From Octopus sinensis (lineage: Eukaryota), in assembly GCF_006345805.1 (NCBI RefSeq), contig NC_043006.1, positions 2,046,001 through 2,110,000 of the forward strand: a stretch of 64,000 nt of DNA. Reading direction: 5' to 3'. Under the pieces are notes generated by a model, which saw only the letters and a program-made list of their open reading frames with translations, was not told the DNA's origin and ran no database searches. Within the stretch, counting starts at the first letter, position 1, and every line of letters begins with the position of its first letter. Shown piece after piece: positions 1 through 11,399 of the stretch. A program made the translations under genes and the position numbers.

Positions 1-21
1 AGTGTTTCACATAATTTTAGC

Positions 22-108
22 GAGATAATTAGATGTCTTTCAAGCTAGATAATTAATTAGATGTCTTTCAAGTGAGATAATTAATTAGATGTCTTTCAAC
101 TTTGAGAT
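22..108. repeat. 28-bp tandem repeat, about 3 copies
   Basis: agatgtctttcaa occurs at 31, 59 and 87 (period 28). Confidence 0.85.
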
Positions 109-929
109 ACGCAACTTCGTTTATCTTTCCCAAGCCTGTGAAGTGATATGGTCTTTAATCATCATGTGTGTATGTGTGTGTGCATGCATGTATGTGTGTG
201 TGTGTATACACATATACATATATTTCTGTAAATGTATAAAATGTATATCTATATGTGTGTATGCGTTTGTATGTGTGTGTGTATGTATATATATCTATAA
301 TGTATGCATAAATGTATCTATCTATTTACTGATCTAACTAGAATACCTATAAACACAGAAAATGTAACCCCCAAAGATTTTTAGAGACCTTGGCTACACG
401 AAATAGTCTGGTAGTGATGGTTTTTATGTTAGGCACGATGCCAAAGAATTACAGGAGGTTACCAGTTGATTAAATCAACTCCCGTATTTAACTGGTACTA
501 ACGAAAATAATAACATGAACTAGGAAACAGCCTTGGTATTTTGTGCCAATGTCTGGTGTTATTGGTAAATTTTTTTAAGCATATTATGTAATCTTGCTTT
601 TTTTAGACGTATATCAAAGTTGTTTGTTTCTCTTTACCGTAAAAACTGTCTTCATAAATCTTACTCCTGAGCAACAATCAAGGTTGTTTATTTCTCTGTA
701 AATTATTTCAAGTTATTTTAGTTTAGTTTTTTGGCATGCTTTCTGCTAAATAGTGCAACTTGGCTAATTTAGAGGATTTATTTTTTGAAATCTGCAGCTG
801 TATTTACAACAGGGCAGGGAACGTTGAATCATATCATCACCATTATTGTTTAACGTATGCTCTTCCATACTTGCATTGGAAAGGCAGAATTTCTGTGGTC
901 AGATGCCCTTCTTGTTGATCATCATTTGT

Positions 930-1117
930 ACGTTGGACAGAATGCTTGGCAATGTTTCTTCCAGCTCTTTACATTCTGGGTTCAAATTCCGACAAAGTCA
1001 ACTTCACTTTTCATTGTTTTGAAGTTGATAAAATAAGTACCAGTTAAGCACAGGGGTTGATTTAATTGACTTACCCACTCCAGTAAAATTGCTGGCCTAG
1101 TTCCAAAATTTGAAACT
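930..1117 (+). mobile_element. SINE family B, degenerate copy
   Basis: ggttcaaattcc B-box-like motif plus ...gataaaataagtaccag core; matches the copy at 34663-34895. Confidence 0.7.
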
Positions 1118-1145
1118 GTTATTCTAATTATTATTATCATCATCA

Positions 1146-1199
<54 letters not shown>

Positions 1200-1480
1200 G
1201 TCCTAGTGGTTAGATTTTTGCACTCATATTTGCCAGCTCAAGGTTTCAATTCCTTGATCAGACGGTGCATTGTGTTCTTGAGCAAAGCGCTTCATCTCGT
1301 GTTGCTCTGGAATCACTTAGATACCTGACGCGTGGTACACCTGTTCAGGCAACATTGATTTGATGGAGGGAGTGCGCTAATATACCTCATATACATTTGA
1401 TTACTATAAACAAACCATTTGTGCAGGTTATTCAGCAAAAGCCAAACACTCATAAATCATATTCAATAGGAGAGTCCATC
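1200..1480 (+). mobile_element. SINE family C (tRNA-like head), degenerate copy
   Basis: agtggttag...ggtttcaattcc head and gtgttcttgagcaaag motif shared with other family C copies. Confidence 0.6.
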
Positions 1481-1489
1481 ATTATTATT

Positions 1490-1790
1490 ATTATTATTAT
1501 TATTGAGTGAGAGAGCAGTGCATGCCATCAAAGTGACACTGGGGTAAAATATACAAAGCCCAGTATACCCGTCAGGACTACCCGTTTGATAAGGGTACAC
1601 CAGGCACATGCATCACAACCATATGTGCATGACATGGTGATCTCATATCAAGATAAACAGCGCATGACCTTGCAGGTGGGGCCCAGTTAGAATTTTCTTC
1701 AGGTCAAGTAGCCCACCCTACTCAAAAGGTCCCTGAATAAAGATTGTTTAAGGATGTTGAACGAAACACCCATGTTTCCAAAGGTGATCT
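1490..1790 (-). mobile_element. 3' part of an (AAT)n-tailed retroposon; related copies at 43580-44050 (-) and 55490-56020 (+)
   Basis: Shared gagtgagagagcag...catcaaagtgacactgggg...cttgcaggtgg...aggatgttgaa sequence in three places, each ending in an AAT/ATT run. Confidence 0.7.
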
Positions 1791-2097
1791 TGGTCAACAA
1801 TCTGTGGAAAATGAAAGCGAATAATAAATGATCATCGCCATCGTTTTACATTCAATTTCTTCCTTACTATCATAGGTTAGGCAAGTTTTTCTGAAGTAGT
1901 GTTTTGTGGCAGGATTCTCTGCCTGTTACCAAACATTTTAGTCGACTTTTACAACATGCAGCCATACAATAGCCATTGTAAAACCAAGACACACATGGTT
2001 TTAGATCATATATGTGTGTTTGTGTATTGCTATGTGTATGTTTATATATGTATGTGTGTGTGTGTGTTTATCTGTATACATATATATATATATATTG

Positions 2098-2301
2098 CCA
2101 GCCTCTCCTGGTGCCTGTGCCAGTGGCATGTAAAAAGCACCCACTACACTCACGGAGTGGTTGGCATTAGGAAGGGCATCCAGCTGTAGAGACCCTGCCA
2201 GATCAGACTGGGCCTGGTGCAGCCTCCTGGCTTCCCAGACCCCAGTCGAACTGTCCAACCCATGCTAGCATGGAAAACGGTCGTTAAACGATGATGATGA
2301 T
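2098..2301 (+). mobile_element. 5'-truncated RTE LINE 3'UTR copy with (GAT)n tail
   Basis: gtggcatgtaaaaagcacccactacact...ggaagggcatccagctgtaga...gttaaacgatgatgatg. Confidence 0.85.
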
Positions 2302-2388
2302 ATGTCGGTATATGTATAATATATATACATTACATGCAAATAAGTATATATACATGTCTATTTATCTATATTTGTATATGTGAATATG

Positions 2389-2436
<48 letters not shown>

Positions 2437-2639
2437 AGTGCATATTTATATGTATATATTTATTTTATACATATACATATGTGAGTGTGTATAAAGAGGA
2501 TAGATTGGTAAAGTAACCAAACTTGCTGTCTACAATTCGGTTTCCATTCTTCTCATAAAATGTTGGATAATAACCAATAGCGTGCAATTGTGAATGCAAC
2601 TGATTGAAATGGGGTTCTTCCGGTTCTCTGGAATTACGT

Positions 2640-2880
2640 TACTCAACAGGATGTGTAACTTGGCGATGAAGGAAGCTTCTACTTTTCTGCCTTGAGCGGT
2701 CACAGCTCTGGTATTCTGTACATGAGATTAGAATGTTCACAGGGAAGAATTGCAAGAGAAATTTTTGAAGCTGAGCCAACCAAGAAGAGACCTCAGGCTT
2801 GACTAAGAATGAGATGTTGGGTATACTCTCATGACCCTCTTAGGAATAATGGGTAGAGAAAACATTTGGATGGCTGGATA
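2640..2880 (+). mobile_element. RTE-type LINE ORF C-terminal relic
   Basis: Frameshifted translation RSQLWYSVHEIRM / GRIAREIFEAEPTKKRPQA*LRMRCW resembles the RTE C-terminal WxGHxxRM...RPxGRPxxRW motif. Confidence 0.55.
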
Positions 2881-3552
2881 AGAAACTCTGCTTTCGCTAA
2901 TTCAATAGCTCATCTGAAACTAAATATTCTTTGTCTCAGATGAGCTAACAAATCAACAAAATTTGTTGTTTTATTACTAAAGCATTATATCTGTGAAATA
3001 TAATTATTTGTTCTACAGCTGTCTTTAACTCATAAAGAACCCATTTTAGCCATTTGGTCTCCCTTATCTTTGATTCAGAAATCTATGAGTGTGTGTGTGT
3101 TTGTGAAACTTTATACTAAAATTATTAATTTGCGCTTTAATTAGTTGCCCCTTTAAATATATTTATTACTTTATTATTTATCTTTCCTTAATGTTTTGTA
3201 ACTAACAGTGTATCCCTACTGACTAGACATTTTTCTTTTAATGCTATTCATTTAGCGGTTTACTCAAAATAATCTAATTAATCCTACATATATTGGGACA
3301 CATGACCCTTCTAACGACAATCAGTGCTAAGACCAAACTGGGTTGAATAAATTACATTTGCCTTTCATCCTAACAGGGTTAATTGGGTAAAGTACCAGTC
3401 AAGTACTGGGGTTCAACATCATCAGCTGCTCCCTGCTTTGAAATTTGCGACTTTGTATCTATATGTAAGAAATCATCATCATTATTACTATTATCATTAT
3501 TATTATTATTATTATTATTATTACTACTACTACTACTACTATTACTATTATT

Positions 3553-3770
3553 AAGGTGGCAAGCTGGCAGAATCGTGAGCACACCAGGCTAAATACTTAA
3601 TGACATTCTGTTCATCTTCACATTCTGAGTTCAAATTCTGGCAAGGCTGAGTTTACGTTTCATGCTTTTAGGGTGGATAAAATAAGTACCAGTTGAATAC
3701 TGGGGTCAGTGTAATTGACTTAGCCCCTCCCCCACAATCACTGGCTTTGTGCCTATAGTAGAAAGGATCA
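3553..3770 (+). mobile_element. SINE family B copy
   Basis: aaggtggcaagctggcagaatc head, gagttcaaattc, gataaaataagtaccag. Confidence 0.75.
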
Positions 3771-3972
3771 TCATCATCATCATCATCATTATTATTATTA
3801 TTACCATCGTCATCATCATAGCAGAGACTGTTGTGTTGTGGTATGTTCATTATAAACTAATTTTCTGAACAGGTTTCAATCCTTACTTTGGACTATTTTG
3901 CTTACTGCCTGTTGTAAAACCATCAATGTCCCAATTTTATATTATAAATTTTAGTCTCTATGCTTAGTTTTA

Positions 3973-4003
<31 letters not shown>

Positions 4004-4613
4004 GCATCATCATCCTTTTTATTATTGTCACAACTACTTCTAGTACTACTACTGCTATACTACTACTACTACTACTACTACTGAAATTTTTAGGGAAACT
4101 AAGAATTCTAATAATATTGAAAATAACAACAAAAACACGTCTAATATATCTCTTACCAGAATTCCACTGAAATCCACAGGAAGAATCCGAACTTGCAGGT
4201 CCGAGCTCATCCCCCGTGGATGGGCCACCTGGGTATGGAAGCGCGGTGGGGTTCTCGATATGAGTCTGTCAGTCGAGAGCCTGGCTGGCGACTAAGCAAG
4301 TCGGGACCCAGTACCCAGGGGTATAACTGGGTACATTGTCTTCTACAACCAAAGGCTCCTTAGAATCCTTAGAATGGTGAAAAACAAAGAGTAAAGCTAA
4401 AGTGTAAAGTGAACAAAGGTTCTTGGTTCTGGAATTGGTTAAAGTTTTTTGTTTCTTTCATTTCTTCCATAATTCTTCTTCCCTGCAAACAAATGGTGCT
4501 TAGATCACTAATGATTTGGCCAATAACTGTTTTGTCTATGTATATGTATATATTCCTGTCTATCTGTCAGTCTGTCTCTGTGCATGTATGTACACATACA
4601 TGCACGTGTTCAG

Positions 4614-4660
<47 letters not shown>

Positions 4661-4937
4661 GTTTATGTGTGTATGTAAATACTCTTTATATATGTTCAAG
4701 CCAGTGGACTGTGGCTGTGCTGTAGCATGGCTTTGAAAATGTATCATGTAAGATACATACGTATTTACCTGCCTACGAACCACATGCACTCACACACCCA
4801 CACCCTCTCTTTTGTACAAGCAATAACATCGAGAACTCAATGCAGCCTGGGAAACTGAAAGGAAAAACTAATAGTTAAAATATTATTTATTCAGTGTGAA
4901 TACACACACACACGCACGCATGCACGCACGCACACAT

Positions 4938-5190
4938 GTATAGTGCCAAAGATTGCAGCGTCACCATCAAAATACAGGACCAGATACTGCAACATCTTGG
5001 GTTTCAAGGGCCCACAGCTTTTCAATAACCTTCCAAAATGCCTGAGAGACCTGCATGGTGTGGATGTGTCTTTAAAACAAAACTGGATCTCTTCCTGTTG
5101 AGGGTTCCGGATGAGCCTACCTCACGGCAGGAAGCACAGATGAGGGCTGCGGCATCAAACTCCCTCATTCACCAAATGCCACATATCAGA
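4938..5190 (+). mobile_element. CR1-type LINE 3' end fragment
   Basis: Translates to IVPKI...GFKGPQLFNNLPKCLRDLHGVD...KLDLFLLRVPDEP...RAAASNSLIHQ, typical of a CR1 C-terminus. Confidence 0.75.
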
Positions 5191-8185
5191 GGATGTTCCA
5201 AATAATGGTGTAGCTCAGCCAACAGTGGTGCTCCAGCATGACCGCAGCTTGTCAGCGAAAACAGGTTAAAAGAATTTAAGGAGTCTATGAAGAGGATTCT
5301 TCTCTCCTTATTTCTTAATTCTCATCATTACCAATTTCAAATCTAGTAACACATCCATCTATTTTGACCTTATGAGAGACATTTTATTCCATGGCTCTGG
5401 CTACACCCAAGACACATTCATGGAAAACCCTAACATCACAGTTTTAACTCAAGAATGCATCTCCGGAACTGCATTTCATCTTCTTTCCTTTCCACCAACA
5501 AATATATCATCAGTTAAATATGCACCATTGAATGGATATGAACACACACACACACACACAAATATTTATACATATATACATATAGATCTTCATACAAAAA
5601 TTACTATTTGGTAATCTTATAAATCAATGACACACTGAAACCATTTTGTCCACTTCCTGAAGTGGTTCCTCAGAAAATTCGGAAATCTTTCCTATCTCCT
5701 GTCAGTCTTCAGCTATTTTGATTGTTTTTTGTTTTCAAGTTGTTCTCTCTTTTGCTTGCCTGTTGCATTGTCAGGTAAGTAACGAGATAAGAGATTGTGT
5801 TGCATGTTTATTATCAAAGACACAGCAAAGTCTTCACTGTCATCGTCATCATTGTCGTCGTTGTTGTCGTCATCGACAGTCAACAGCAGAAGCAGAAACC
5901 TAATGCCAAGAAATGGCAGAAAGTCACAAGACACTTCAGTTGAGAAGCCAACTACTCATCTGATTATCCATCGTAACACTTGAATATTAACTGAGAATTA
6001 TTTTTATCATACATGAGTGATACCCTCTGGATGGCATTTAATATGATGGGAGGTGACTGTTTTCTCAGAGTGAGGTGGGATTAGAAATTTGAATGCAAAA
6101 TCTAAGAGTATGAAAAGGATACAAAGGGTTCACATATATAAATATATATAATTTAATTCCCCCCCCTAAAACTATGATAAAGCTCTTATAAATTTCTAGT
6201 TAGTGGTAATCATGTATAGTACTATCTCATCCTTTTTAGAAATCTTTGGAAAAACAAAAATCCCAAGAAAAAAAGTTACTCTAATTAATTTATTTAATTA
6301 TGCACTATAAAGTGTTTTTGGATAATTGCAATTGTAATATAAGATATTTTCTTTTTTGGTAAATATATTTTTTCAATCTCTCTAAAAAGTAAAACAAATT
6401 GTTACACCACAAGACTTAATCTTTCCATGAGCAGAAAATATGGGTTCGCTCTAACTAGTTTCTAGTCTTTTAGACTGTCATCAGGGAAAGAATACCTATA
6501 TTCCGCAGAAATATCAAAGTGTATAGTGCATTAATAATTAATTATGTTTTCCTTGTTTGCATCACTATCAGCATCTTTCTCATCATCATCATCATCACTA
6601 TGTCCATCAGTACACCGTCTTGGTGGGAGGAGAATGTTAGATGCTTGGAAGTAGAACAATCACTCCTATTGAATGTAAACATTTTTCTGTGTTTAGTTTT
6701 GGTGTGGCACAATAAGAAAGAGTCAGGACTTTGTGACATCTGTGACACAATCTTCACACTTCTATTTTCTTTTTTAAAAACTTCAGTTTCCCATCTTCCT
6801 CACTTTTTAGTTCCATTTTAAATTTTCTCCCACTTAAGGCAATTAGATTTCCTGGCAGTAACTTGGACATGTCATGCTTTGAGAAACACCAGTTCTCTGT
6901 CTGTCCATGATACCATCCAGGGTACCCTCCTCTAGTTGTCTAGTTATTCACCACATTTCTTCAGTAAGCATGCTTTGCGCTTTTTGCATTACCACCACAT
7001 ACTTTTGATCAGTGTGTGTGTATGCGTGTGTGTGTGTGTGTACGTGGGTGTGTGTTCGTTGTTGTGGATGGAACAGTTGGAATTCTTTTGCAAAGCAAAT
7101 ACCAAATTTACCATTGTTTTGACTCTCAGTGGGAACTTAGCTTATGAATGCCATTGGAAAAGTTTCCATCATCACAGTTTATTTTCCCCTTCTATAAAGA
7201 GGAAATACCCACTTTTTCATGCTTGCATGGGTCAGATGGAATTCCTTGATTTTTCTGTGGTCAGTTGCTTTTCCCATCACTGACCCTCACTTGTTTCGAA
7301 GCAAGGTAATGTTTCCCAGTGACCAGACGTATGTTTCGTGGAAGACTTCAAAACAAACAACATCTCTTGTATGATAGTTATGCTCCTTTACAACCCTCAC
7401 ATGATGTCAAGACAAGGATGGACACACACACACACACACATCACAAGCTTCTTCCAATTTCTGTCTCTCCACTCACGAGGCTTTGGCCAGCTGAGCAGTG
7501 GGATTGAACCTATGACAACATGGTTGGGAAGCAAGCTTCTTAACCACACAGCCATGCCTGTATATGTAGACGAGAGGCAGGAACTCTGAAAATAGAAAGA
7601 AATATAAATTGTCAAAATTTCAAAGAAATTAATCTTCCATTCTTTGTAAACCAAAATGAAGCCTGTTTATGTTAGATCTTGAATAATATTTAAGACATGG
7701 AGCAGCAGAATTGGTAGAGCATCAGACAAAGTGACTTGCAGTGTTCAGTTATGGTGCCATATGACAGGAGTTCAAATCCTGCCAAGGTCAACTTTACCTT
7801 TCACTTTTCTAGGGCTCATAAAATAAAGTACCATTCATATATTAGGAGTGATTTGAGTAACCCCTTCTCGAAGATTTGTGGCCTGGTGCCAATATTTTGA
7901 ATTAATATTTAGAACATGTTGCCAAGATATCCTTCATAACTCAAATTCTTGACTGCAGCTTATTTCTCGTACATTTTATTCTTGGAAATAACCTTTGGTG
8001 CACATAAAAACACCTACCTTGTAAAGGTGCACATATATGCATGTGTGCACTATTATATATTTGTTTGAACAAATATTCATACATCTAGCTTTAAATAAAT
8101 ACATTTTTAGTCATATGACCAATTCTGTACTTTCACTAGTTGTACTAGTTGACCTTCCTTTCATTAAAAAAAAAAAATTCATTAA

Positions 8186-8406
8186 CCCTTTCATTACCAA
8201 CCCGGCTGAAACCGGCTCTGGCTCTGAGTACAAATGTCTTGTTTTCTTAAGTTTTGAATTAAAATCTTCCACCAAACCTTAGTCACAATTTATGTTCCTA
8301 ACACAAGCTTAATGATAACTAAGTTATTTTACTAAATTCTTTGTTATATTTCAAATTAATTGAAAGAAACACAGAGCATCTCAAAATAAATACAGAAACG
8401 AAAGGG
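8186..8406. mobile_element. piggyBac-type MITE (221 bp)
   Basis: TTAA|CCCTTTC ... GAAAGGG|TTAA; second copy at 52469-52667. Confidence 0.85.
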
Positions 8407-8449
8407 TTAACCCTTATTATGCAAGTTTCTAGTGAAATAAAGAGGAACA

Positions 8450-11300
8450 AAGTGATGCCATAGGCAGTAAGAGCACCCATGAGATGAATTACTTGAAATG
8501 TTGAGAAGGATTAACAGTTGTAGCTGATTGCCTCTGTTACCGAGGCTAAACCCTAAATAACATTTGAGGCGATGATCTGAAAGCTCAGTAGCTAGAGTAA
8601 GAAGTGGGTGAGAAACGTTCAGAAAGCTTCTTACATCTGCTAGGAACTAAAAGATTTTCTCTTTTGCTTGCAATGAAGAGTAGATTGTATGATGCCTGTG
8701 GATGAAGTGTGATGTTTGATTATATTTCATGGTAATGAAACGTAAGCCTTGAATGTCTAGGACATGCACAAGGTGAGGAGAAATGAAGTGTGCATGCTCT
8801 TTGGATGTGTAGTGTTAGTGTGCATGACTGATGGAACACACATGAGTTGAGAGTATAAAACTGATTCTAAGAAGAATTGTATGTAGAGTGCAAGAGAAGA
8901 GAATGCATTGGTGCATATGTGTAATGTTTGAAGGATGTTAGGTAGGTAGGGAATTGGTATGCTATCCAAGTGGATGGAATCTGCAATTAAAAGTAAAGAA
9001 TGAAGTCACAAGAATTATGAAAGGAAAAGAGCAATGTGAAAGTGGCAAAATTGTTGGGTCGAAGCCTTGAGTTGAGTCTATTCTGAGAGAAGTTAGTAAT
9101 TAAGTGTACCATAGAAAGTTGTAGAAACCAGGTGAACATACATGCCAGATACTCTTCATACTCACCAGGAAATGGAATAGATTGACACTTTAGAACATGA
9201 AGTTTGTATCATAGAACCAAGGGTGATCTTAGGCTGGTTGGTTCCAAACAGGTTAAAGCTAAACCATCTAAAGATGGATGGTAAAGAAAGTGTGAAAGGA
9301 AAGTTGTAGGTAACAATGATGTTTAAAAAATGATTGAATAGAGACCTATAACATATCTTATAGACAACTTGGGAGTTTTTATTGGGAAACATCTACAGTG
9401 AGCCACAGATCATTAGGCAGGGAGGTTCGTGGTGTGGGGGTTGCAGTAGATATGTGAAGCTATGATTTTGATAATTCGAAAATAATAAAATAATAAAGAG
9501 GACCTATTAAATCAAGGAGCCCCAAAATTTAAAAGATAGATACAGACGCAAGGTAAAGGAAAGTCTAAGCGATTGATTGGTGTAGAAATTGGTTTGTGGT
9601 GAGGAGAGAGTGGATGTCAGCAATGAGTGAGCTGAGGAGAGGCAGTGGTGGCTACCAGTACAGAAGAAGAAGAAGAAGGAGACAGCAATTTTCTGTGAGA
9701 TAACTGCTTCTCTCAGTTTAAGGGCGTCCCCATCAAGCTTGGGGGTTCCTGAGCCACGGCCCATATTGGTCCCTACATAAATCTGGCCCTGCCAGTAGGT
9801 CTGTGGATGTTGTAATGTTTCAACCAGACATGATGGAGTTTAGTATGATGTGGTAGATAGGGCCGTAAAACCTAAGCTCACATGTTTAGAGCGAATGGAA
9901 GAAGGTGCAGAACAAAGCTCAAAGTCACATAGATTTAGATTCTTTCCTTTTTTTCTTTACACCTTATCCTCCTCATCACTCCCTCATTTCTCATCTCTCC
10001 AGCTGAATTTTTCTCCCCTTTACTTTTGACCAGGGGTTTTCAACCTTTTTAATATCTGGGCCAAATCACAAACCTTGAAGAGGACTGCACCAAAACTGGA
10101 GCAAAATGAAAATCTATGGAGGGAATACCATCAAGAGCTGTTGGAAGGATGCTTGAGGGCCGCATGAGGCCCTGGCAGTCACTGTTCAGAACCACAGCTT
10201 TAAAACTATTATATTTGTACCCTATCCCCTCTTATGAATTCTTTCTCTCTCTACATCGAGGCTATCTTAGCTTTAGAATTTCCTGGGCAAAGCACAGTGA
10301 CATGTTGTGTTTATTTATTGACAGTAAACCACGGCATAGATTAGCTTAGGGCCTCTTAGAACCACGGGTCTAGGTTATTAAACTTTCTTTTTAACATCTA
10401 CCACCTCGTCTACATTATTTTCATGCCTTTTCCCTCACTTGGAACTCGTTATAATCGACAATACACAGTCATTACTTTGTCTCTTGTCCAGAATAAAAAG
10501 CGTCGGTCTAAGGGCGATAATTCACTTATGTTGTAAAAGAGTTATTCACCTTGATGGAAAATTAATTTTTTTGAATTTGTTTAAATTTTGAGAGAAAAAT
10601 TTGATCTGAAACTATTGTAGGCATCAAATTCTTGGACCAGGTTATGAAAGTTATGGAAAATGTTGTAGCTTAATTAACTGGGAAGAGAAAAAAATTAGAT
10701 GAGATACTGTTCGGTTTTGTATAATGAAGAGTTATTACTGATGTTATTTGTAGGTAAAGGAAAGTCTAAGCAATGGACAGGTGTAGGAATGGTTTATGGT
10801 GAGGAGAGTGTGGATGTCAGCAATGAAGGAGCTGAGGAGAGGCAGCGGTGGCTACCAGTACGGAAGAAGAAGAAGAAGAAGAGACAGCAATTTTCTGTGA
10901 GATAACCAAGAAACTGTAGATCGGAACTATGACAGATGCAAGAATATGGGGAAGCATTTCTGTAGCCATAGAAACTGAAAAGCTGACCTGGTTAGAAAGA
11001 GAGTGAGTAGGAAGTAAAAAGCAGATCTAGAAGAGAAACTAGATTATAAGTTTGTATGATGGGGTGAAGAACTGAAGCAGGAGGTTTGCTAGTGTCTTGT
11101 CTTGAAAGGATCAACAGTTCGAGGTATGGTGGATTGCAAAGCAGTGTGCTAAGGTGAATAGCGAGGTCGTTAAGGAATGGTGCGTTTGAAATGACTGGGG
11201 TTTATTGTTGTTTATTTCCATTGTAGCCGCTCCCACCTCATGCCCTGTCTTCTGTTACCCTTTACTGTCCCACCCTGGTACATTAATTACTCTGTAGCTT
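8450..11300 (-). mobile_element. decayed CR1/L2-like LINE (endonuclease plus RT remnants), interrupted
   Basis: Minus-strand remnants DLLFTS (about 11030) and LSLPSIFRWFSFNL..NQPKI (about 9250); many stops; boundaries approximate. Confidence 0.55.
10031..10197. mobile_element. hAT-like MITE remnant
   Basis: CAGGGGTTTTCAACC ... GTTCAGAACCACAG imperfect terminal inverted repeats (TIRs). Confidence 0.5.
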
Positions 11301-11399
11301 TCAATGTTAACTCTACAGGACTAGAAATAGCAAGAATAATTTCATAGCATTCACTGACACTTCCATGGTTTAGCCTTTCCAGCTCTTTCTTGACCCTTG

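Noticed and set aside
607-682. Possible upstream ATP13A exon (VYQSCLFLFTVKTVFINLTPEQQSR)
   Set aside because: Only a faint likeness to GLTxEEQ, a weak donor (gttgtt), and no linkable neighbouring exons
5706-5780. Strong donor tcag|gtaagt at 5774 with possible acceptors upstream
   Set aside because: No reading frame resembles a P5B ATPase or any protein I recognise; it could be chance or a UTR exon and is unsupported
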